Source: Deltaproteobacteria bacterium | GTDB taxonomy: Bacteria > Myxococcota > JACRCW01 | Direction: 5' to 3' | DNA: 41,410 bases | Assembly: GCA_016218805.1 (NCBI GenBank) | Contig: JACRCW010000070.1 | Coordinates: 1 to 41,410, forward strand | Shown here: in pieces, positions 35,629-41,410 of the stretch | Layout of the letters: each line of letters begins with the position of its first letter | Position numbering within the stretch: the first letter of the stretch is position 1 | Notes under the pieces: model-generated | Seen by the model: the letters and a program-made list of their open reading frames with translations, nothing else | What the model was told of the DNA's origin: nothing | Databases searched by the model: none | Translations under genes and position numbers: made by a program

Positions 35629-38600
35629 TCAGGGGACGATCAGCACCGGCTGTGAGATCACGTGCGCCTGCCAGTGTTGCTGCAGTTGCAGCGTGTCCAG
35701 CGTGTGGTCGTTGTACTCAAACCCGTCCTCGTCAAAGATCTTCAGCCCCTGCAACTGCCAGTAGTACTGCGTGGCTGGCAGCAGGTCCGTCACGCCGGAG
35801 CCCGCCAGGTCAGGCAGCACCAGACTGGTGGCACTGCCCGGCATCAACACGCTCCACGCCGGTTCCGCGGAGCTGGCGGTGAGCGCGCGGCCGATGTCCA
35901 GCATCACCACACCGTCGGAACGGCCCAGGCCGGTCCAGGAGAAGCGCCGCGTGGTGCCCAGCGCGCCGCCGGCCGCGGGCACCAGGGAGGACGGGAAGCC
36001 GTAGAACCCGCCCACCTGTTCCCGCTGCGCCGCCACGTACCGCTCAAACACCTCCGAATACGGCACCGTGTACCCGGACAGGGACACCGCGCTCGCCGTG
36101 CCGGCGACGGCCCGGTACGTCCACGGCGGGAAGCCGCCGGTGTACGGCACGCCCGTGGGGATGAGGCCCAGCGAGGCCAAGCCGGCGGGCAGGTAGGTGA
36201 ACACGCCGGCTGGCCCCGCGGAGACAAAGCCCACCGTCCCGGACGCGGAGAGGCCAGTGAAGAAGGTCAGCACGCCGCTGGAACCCAGCTCCAGCATGGC
36301 GTCCACCGTGTACATGGTGGTGCCGGCGGGGCTCTGAGGCGCGCCCACCAGTTCGGCCTGCTGGTTCACCGTGGAGGCAACGTTGACGTAGATGTCATTG
36401 CCCGGGTTGGTACCGGCCCCCACGACGACCTCCGGCAGGATGCCCATGGCGGCGGCGGTCAGCGGGAGGAAGCCCTCGCGCGGGTTGCCTTGTGGGACGG
36501 CGGTATCCGGATCACACACGCCGTCCACCGAGTCGTAGAACCACATCACAGCAATCAGCGCCACGCGGCTGCCGACGGGTGCGCGCACGGAAAACACGTT
36601 CCCCAGCGGGTTGTTCCCGTCGCCGGGGGTCACGTCACAGCCGGATTCGGAGATGATGTTGCCTGCGCCCGGAGGCCAGGACGGCAGGCCAATGCCGGGT
36701 TCAGAGGTGAACACCGCCGCCACGCGCTTGATGCGCCCGGCCTGCGCGCCCTGCGGGTAGCCCGCGTACTCCCAGCCAATGATGCTGCCGCTGATGGTGC
36801 CGAACTGCGGCACCGTGGGCGCGACGGGCTGCACCGGGTCCAGCAGCACGGTGACGTCCGTGGCGTCAACGTCCACCATGGTGAACGCGCCGTAGCCGGT
36901 GGCGGCCACGGTCAGCTTCACCGGTCCGTCCAGGCTGTTGTGCGCCAGCACGGTCATGCCGCGCGCGTTGGTGGTCCCCGTGGCCGCGCTGCCGTTCCAC
37001 GCATCACCCACAAACGCCACCGCGCCGGCAATGCGCGCCGCGTTGTCCTTGCGCAGGGCGGTGACGTGGAGGTTGCGCTGGATGGCGGGGCCGTGCGTGC
37101 CGCCCTTGACCTGCGTGGGGTCCACGTAGGTCATGGTGGTGACGCCGCTGGAGAAGGGCTGGCCGCTGCGCGCGGTGTCCTCAATCTTGAGCGGGAAGAC
37201 GCCGGCCGCGCTGCGCGCGGGCGCCCGGAAGCGCAGCACGGTGGCGGAGATGATCTCCACGCCCTGCATGGTGGTGCCCGTGTCCGTCAGCGTGATCTCC
37301 ATGCGCCCGGCACCCGCGGCAAACCCGCTGCCCGTGGCCTCCACAATGTCACCGCCGGCAATGGAGACGGGGGAGGGGACCATGTCCACAATGCGCACCG
37401 CCTCCACGTACTCAAACGCGCTGGCGCTCGTGGTGGAAACGTCAAACTCGTTCTGCACCATCACGTCCACAAAGCCCGCCGCGTGGGGCGGAATCACGCA
37501 GTCCACCTGCGTGGGGGCCACGTAGATGACCGTCTTGCACGGGACGCCGCCAAAGTAGACGCGCGACCCCTCCTGGCTGAACCCCGACCCGTAGACCATC
37601 ACCGTGTCCCCGCCCACGGTGGCCCCGGCGACCGGATTGAGCGACGTGAGCGCCGGGCGCACGTGGTAGCGGAACCCGCCGGTGTCCGTGTCGCTGCTGC
37701 CGCCCACCGTGAGCACCACGTCCACGCGTTCGCTCAGCGCGCCGCCGCTGATGGCGTGCGCCGGCGTGCTGACGGTGAGGCGGCGCGTGCTGGTGGAACC
37801 GCCCGTTGCCACCGCGCCTCCCAGGGTGACGCTGGCCGTGCCGCCGCTGAGCCCCGTGGCCAGGATCTCCACGGCGTCACCGCCGGTGGTCCGGCCACCC
37901 ATGGGATGCACGCCCACAATCTTCACGCCGGACGCGTTGGGATCCACGTACGTGAAACCGCTGACCAGCACGCCCTCCGCCTCGGTACCCCGGCGAACCG
38001 CGACGTCCCGCGCGCCGGCGGTGCCCGGCGGAACGTCACACTGCACGCGCCGCGTGGTCAGCGGTGACAGGTTCCCGCACACCGTCGTCCCAACCAGGAT
38101 CTCGGTGACGTTGGCCACGTCACCTTCAATCTCCACGGTGGTGGTCTCATCCGTGAAGCCCGCGCGCGGGTGGATGGACGTCAGCGCCAGCCCGTTGCGC
38201 ACGCGCAGCGGGCTGCCCAGCGAGCCGCTCTCGCCGTCAAAGTTCACCACCGTCACCGAATAGTTGCCGGGCTCCATGGCGGGCAGGTCCACGCCGATGG
38301 TGGTCTCCGTCACCGCGCGCACCACCGAGCTGACCGGCGGATTGCCCACCGAGACGCGCACCGGAGGGATGAACCCTGAGCCCTGGATGGTCACGGACGA
38401 AGCCGTGTTGGAGACCACCTGCGGCGGGCTCACGCCGCTCAACACCACGGGCCGCGCGTAGGTGTACGCGTTGTCCATGGACCCGGACCCGGCGGGCGTG
38501 GTGACCGTCACGGTGACCACGCCGCGCGTGGCGGCCGGTGCCGGGACCACGATTTCGGTGCCGTTGGTGTTGACCTGGAAACCCGTGGCCGCCGCGGCGC

Positions 38601-39318
38601 CGAACGTGACCGCGGTGGCGCCCGAAAAGTAGCGCCCCTGGATGCGCACCTGGTTGCCGCCCTGCTCCAGGCCGCGGCCGGGAGTCACCGCTGTCACCTC
38701 GGGCGGATCAGCCGCCTCCACGACGAGCGGCGCGCTCACCGTGGCCGTCTCACCGTCCGCGTTGGTCACCACCACCGTGTAGTTGCCCGTGGGCAGCGGG
38801 GGCACGTCCACCGGCACCGCCAGGTCCGTCCCGGTGCCCGCCGTCAGCGTGGTGGTGCTGGTGCCCTGCGTGAGCGTCACGGTGACGGGCGCGTACAGGC
38901 CGCTGCCGCGCACCACCACCTGCGTGGTGCCGCCGTTCTTGACGGTGGCCGGGTCCAGCAGGCTCACCGTCACGGGCGAGATGTACGTGTACGCGGCGGG
39001 AAGGGCCGCGTTGCCGCCCTTGGTGACCACGGTGACCGGCACCGTGCCGCGCGTGCTGGCGCCCGTGGTGACCTGCAGCGTGGCGCCATCCCCGCCCACG
39101 CGGATGTTGGTGCCCGGCACTTCGCCAAACTTCACCTCCGAGGCATCCTTGAAGTCATGCCCCGTGACGGTGACCTCCGTCCCGCCCGCCATGAACCCGC
39201 GGACGGGGCTCACCGCCGTGATGCCCGGCGCGGGCGGCGGCTCCTCCTTCTTGCAAGCGGCAACAGTGACCAGCGAAACGGCGACCAGGGAGGCAACCCG
39301 CGCGGCAGAAGTACGCAT
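35629..39318 (-). CDS. Large surface lipoprotein with about 8 IPT/TIG domains
   Basis: Lipobox VAAC; eight repeats of the pattern I..V.P..G...GG..V.I.G..F; a distinct C-terminal region of roughly 490 aa. Confidence 0.92.
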   Translation of the reverse strand: MRTSAARVASLVAVSLVTVAACKKEEPPPAPGITAVSPVRGFMAGGTEVTVTGHDFKDASEVKFGEVPGTNIRVGGDGATLQVTTGASTRGTVPVTVVTKGGNAALPAAYTYISPVTVSLLDPATVKNGGTTQVVVRGSGLYAPVTVTLTQGTSTTTLTAGTGTDLAVPVDVPPLPTGNYTVVVTNADGETATVSAPLVVEAADPPEVTAVTPGRGLEQGGNQVRIQGRYFSGATAVTFGAAAATGFQVNTNGTEIVVPAPAATRGVVTVTVTTPAGSGSMDNAYTYARPVVLSGVSPPQVVSNTASSVTIQGSGFIPPVRVSVGNPPVSSVVRAVTETTIGVDLPAMEPGNYSVTVVNFDGESGSLGSPLRVRNGLALTSIHPRAGFTDETTTVEIEGDVANVTEILVGTTVCGNLSPLTTRRVQCDVPPGTAGARDVAVRRGTEAEGVLVSGFTYVDPNASGVKIVGVHPMGGRTTGGDAVEILATGLSGGTASVTLGGAVATGGSTSTRRLTVSTPAHAISGGALSERVDVVLTVGGSSDTDTGGFRYHVRPALTSLNPVAGATVGGDTVMVYGSGFSQEGSRVYFGGVPCKTVIYVAPTQVDCVIPPHAAGFVDVMVQNEFDVSTTSASAFEYVEAVRIVDMVPSPVSIAGGDIVEATGSGFAAGAGRMEITLTDTGTTMQGVEIISATVLRFRAPARSAAGVFPLKIEDTARSGQPFSSGVTTMTYVDPTQVKGGTHGPAIQRNLHVTALRKDNAARIAGAVAFVGDAWNGSAATGTTNARGMTVLAHNSLDGPVKLTVAATGYGAFTMVDVDATDVTVLLDPVQPVAPTVPQFGTISGSIIGWEYAGYPQGAQAGRIKRVAAVFTSEPGIGLPSWPPGAGNIISESGCDVTPGDGNNPLGNVFSVRAPVGSRVALIAVMWFYDSVDGVCDPDTAVPQGNPREGFLPLTAAAMGILPEVVVGAGTNPGNDIYVNVASTVNQQAELVGAPQSPAGTTMYTVDAMLELGSSGVLTFFTGLSASGTVGFVSAGPAGVFTYLPAGLASLGLIPTGVPYTGGFPPWTYRAVAGTASAVSLSGYTVPYSEVFERYVAAQREQVGGFYGFPSSLVPAAGGALGTTRRFSWTGLGRSDGVVMLDIGRALTASSAEPAWSVLMPGSATSLVLPDLAGSGVTDLLPATQYYWQLQGLKIFDEDGFEYNDHTLDTLQLQQHWQAHVISQPVLIVP

Positions 39319-39360
39319 GGCCGCAGATTGTAAGCACCGCCCCGCCCGTCTTGGAAAGGC

Positions 39361-40035
39361 TCAGCGCGGCACGCCCAATGCGGTGCATAACGTGCGCACC
39401 AGCGGGTTCACGGTGCGGCACGCCGCCAGGAACTCGTCCATGAAGCCGGGGGCGCACACGCGCGCGTCAGAAACCGCCACGGACACAATGAAGTCCTTGC
39501 GCCGTAGGTCTGTGGCGTGACGGTGGTCCTTGGCGTAGCCGGCCGGCACCCGCGCCAACATGTCGCCTTCCAAGGGCGGGCTGTCCGCCAGCAGGCGGTC
39601 CCACGCGCGCGGGTGGCCATGGATGTACTGGCGGATGGCGCGCAGCGGGTCGGCGTCCGGGTGCCAGATGCCGCCGCCGGCAAAGCACCGGCCCGGTTCC
39701 AGGTGCAGGTAGAGGCCGGGCGCATGCACGTCCGCCCCGGCGCGGTGACGGAACTGCGCCGCCGCGTGCGTCTTGTACGGCGCCTTGTCCTTGGAGAAAC
39801 GCGTGTCCCGGTGGATGCGGAACATGCTGCCGCCCACGGGGCGGGGGTCCGCCACCAGCTGGCGGTTGATGCGGGCCAGCGGCGCCTGCACGTCGGTAAT
39901 GAACGCCAGCAACGGCGCCCGGACGTGCTGCTCGTAGCGCTCCTTGTTGGCCGCAAACCAGGCGCGGTCGTTGTTGAAGCTCAACTCCGCCAGGAACTGG
40001 AACAGCTCGCGGGTGAAGTGCGCGTGCCGCGCCAC
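39361..40035 (-). CDS. DUF2461 / TIGR02453 family protein
   Basis: FLAEL..NNDRAWF.ANK.RYE, FRIHRDTRFSKDKAPYKTH, PG.YLHLEP, GG.WHP, RVP.GY..DH. Start estimated at GTG 40035. Confidence 0.92.
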   Translation of the reverse strand: MARHAHFTRELFQFLAELSFNNDRAWFAANKERYEQHVRAPLLAFITDVQAPLARINRQLVADPRPVGGSMFRIHRDTRFSKDKAPYKTHAAAQFRHRAGADVHAPGLYLHLEPGRCFAGGGIWHPDADPLRAIRQYIHGHPRAWDRLLADSPPLEGDMLARVPAGYAKDHRHATDLRRKDFIVSVAVSDARVCAPGFMDEFLAACRTVNPLVRTLCTALGVPR

Positions 40036-40039
40036 GACG

Positions 40040-40822
40040 TCAGCGACCGCCCTGGACGGTGGCGGCTGCCGTGTCCGATCCGCGCAGCGTGTTGACCTCA
40101 TTGCCCGCGTCAATCACCGCCATGCCTGCTTTCTGCAGCAGGGCCCCGGCGCCGTCTACACCGCGCTCCAACGCCATCAGCGCGTCGCGCGCCGTCGCCA
40201 CGGCCACCTGCGCCGTCTTGATGGCCGCCGCATTGCCCGTCGCCGTGGCCGCCCGCAGCGTGTGATCCGCCGCGCTGGCCACGTGGTGCGCCGCGTCACC
40301 CAGGTCCCGCCCGGATGCCGCCAGGTGCGCCAGGCTGTGCTTCCATTGGTTCCCGGCGACCTGGAAGCTCTCGCGTGACAGCTTGAACATCCGGTCAGAG
40401 AACAGGGACGCTTGGCGGTCACCTTCCACGGTCTTCGTCGTCACCTGGGGGCCGCCCATGCCGGCAACCTCACGCGCGCTGTTGCCAACCTTCAGCAGCG
40501 CCTTGCCGAACCATTGCAGCGCCGCGCCGAGCGCGTCCTGCACCACTTCGGCCGCCCGCGCGACGCCACCGACCACCGCGGCACCCGCGCCTTTGGCCGT
40601 GTTTCCCGCGGCCTTGAGGCCATCCCAGGCCGCGTCGGCCACGTTGGCCGCGGCGCTTGCGGTGGACGCACCGGCGCTGCCGGCGTCCCGCAGGGCGGTC
40701 TCCATCTCGCGCGCCGCCTTGCGCAACTGGACATCTGCCTCACGGCCCAGCGTCTTCTCCATGTGGCCAAGCTGGACATCACGGCGGATGGCGGGGGGCA
40801 AAGTTCCAGTGAGCCGGGTCAT
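40040..40822 (-). CDS. Hypothetical Ala-rich amphipathic alpha-helical protein
   Basis: ORF with a GGAGG RBS before ATG 40822 that fills the gap between its neighbours. No recognisable family. Confidence 0.7.
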   Translation of the reverse strand: MTRLTGTLPPAIRRDVQLGHMEKTLGREADVQLRKAAREMETALRDAGSAGASTASAAANVADAAWDGLKAAGNTAKGAGAAVVGGVARAAEVVQDALGAALQWFGKALLKVGNSAREVAGMGGPQVTTKTVEGDRQASLFSDRMFKLSRESFQVAGNQWKHSLAHLAASGRDLGDAAHHVASAADHTLRAATATGNAAAIKTAQVAVATARDALMALERGVDGAGALLQKAGMAVIDAGNEVNTLRGSDTAAATVQGGR

Positions 40823-40920
40823 GGGACGCCTCCAGCACCGGTCCCCGGGAGGGGAGGGTGGGAAAACGGACGGCACACAGTGCCAGAGCGAATCTCAGGG
40901 GGCAAGCGTGGCGCACGCCG

Positions 40921-41409
40921 TCAAACGCGCTTGGACGCGCTGGCACCCGCGCCGCCCGGAACGCGGCCGCGGCGGCGCCGCCCGACGAGGGCCAGCATGC
41001 AAAGGAGCAGGCCGCTGGGAAGTCCGCCCCGCGTGACGTGCGTTGCCGAACAGCCGGCTGCCGGGTCAATCCAGAGGTAGGGCGGTTGCGCTGCATCCGC
41101 AGCGGACGCCGACCCGTCTGTCTGCTCCACGCCCCCGCCGTCCCGGTCCGTGGGCCCGCCGTCCGGAGACGGGCCGCCGTCCGCGAGGGGTGCCCCGCCG
41201 TCAACGCGCAGACCCGCGTCATGGGGCGTACCTGCGTCAAATGGGATGGCGGCGTCACCGGAGCCGGCGTCAAAGCGCGCACCAGCGTCGAAGGGGACGG
41301 CGGCGTCACGTGAGCCGGCGTCAAAGCGTGGTCCAGCGTCGAAGGGGACGGCGGCGTCACGTGAGCCGGCGTCAAAGCGTGGTCCAGCGTCGAAGGGGAC
41401 GGCGGCGTC
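40921..41409 (-). CDS. 3' end of a MYXO-CTERM-type surface protein (runs off the window)
   Basis: The frame is open from 41409: (DAAVPFDAGPRFDAGSR)n...DGG linker, then GCSA-hydrophobic-RRRR sorting signal and stop. Confidence 0.8.
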   Translation of the reverse strand, partial: DAAVPFDAGPRFDAGSRDAAVPFDAGPRFDAGSRDAAVPFDAGARFDAGSGDAAIPFDAGTPHDAGLRVDGGAPLADGGPSPDGGPTDRDGGGVEQTDGSASAADAAQPPYLWIDPAAGCSATHVTRGGLPSGLLLCMLALVGRRRRGRVPGGAGASASKRV

Positions 41410-41410
41410 A
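41261..41410. repeat. 51-bp coding tandem repeat (at least 3 copies, continues beyond the window)
   Basis: Units start at 41261, 41312 and 41363 (gagccggcgtcaaagcg...ggcggcgtcacgt). A degenerate partial unit lies at about 41234-41260. Confidence 0.93.

Noticed and set aside
35662..38067. 801-aa plus-strand ORF (and similar 300-500 aa antisense ORFs, e.g. 25537-27036, 16219-17580)
   Set aside because: Arg/His/Gly-rich antisense translations of well-supported genes; stop codons are scarce at this GC content.
40871..40890. TGGCAC motif sharing the 11-mer GTGCCAGAGCG with the site near 30813
   Set aside because: Lacks GC at the -12 position for sigma54, and two copies of a GC-rich 11-mer are not enough evidence for a shared regulator.
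40779..41375. 198-aa ORF with TPAHVTPPSPST repeats
   Set aside because: Alternative frame of the 51-bp repeat. The DAG-repeat frame ending in a sorting signal is more credible, and this ORF overlaps the next gene.
41261..41410. Repeat array as a possible CRISPR
   Set aside because: Units are head-to-tail with no unique spacers, the length is a multiple of 3 and in frame with a coding region, and no cas genes are present.

Overview
A very GC-rich bacterial chromosomal window that looks like Myxococcota. Evidence for this is the tmRNA tag ANDDVELALAA, two PEGA-type Ser/Thr kinases, a PilZ protein, DAG-repeat/MYXO-CTERM surface proteins and a split F0-only atp cluster. It is mostly core genome: the 5' part of tmRNA, RNase G, PilZ, a GT4 glycosyltransferase, mtnA, atpZ/I/B/E, a two-subunit class I fumarate hydratase, a DgkA-like kinase, RluA, a GlcD-like oxidase, YheU, a FkbH-like protein, an HtrA/Deg pair, an MshEN protein, START, an M14 peptidase, an IPT/TIG lipoprotein and DUF2461. 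I see no CRISPR array, integrase or transposase. The most unusual observations are five. (1) An active Deg protease sits next to a paralogue that has lost all three catalytic residues. (2) An orphan FkbH-like enzyme has an apparent RRE/PqqD-like N-terminus. (3) An XRE HTH is fused to a DprA-type winged helix, with an 18-bp palindrome just upstream. (4) A ~0.41/0.44-kb tandem duplication of a small coiled-coil gene retains relics of both flanking genes and shows asymmetric divergence. (5) A standalone MshEN c-di-GMP receptor is translationally coupled to a transglutaminase-like/TPR protein. All family calls come from motifs recognised by eye, not database searches, and several start codons are estimates.
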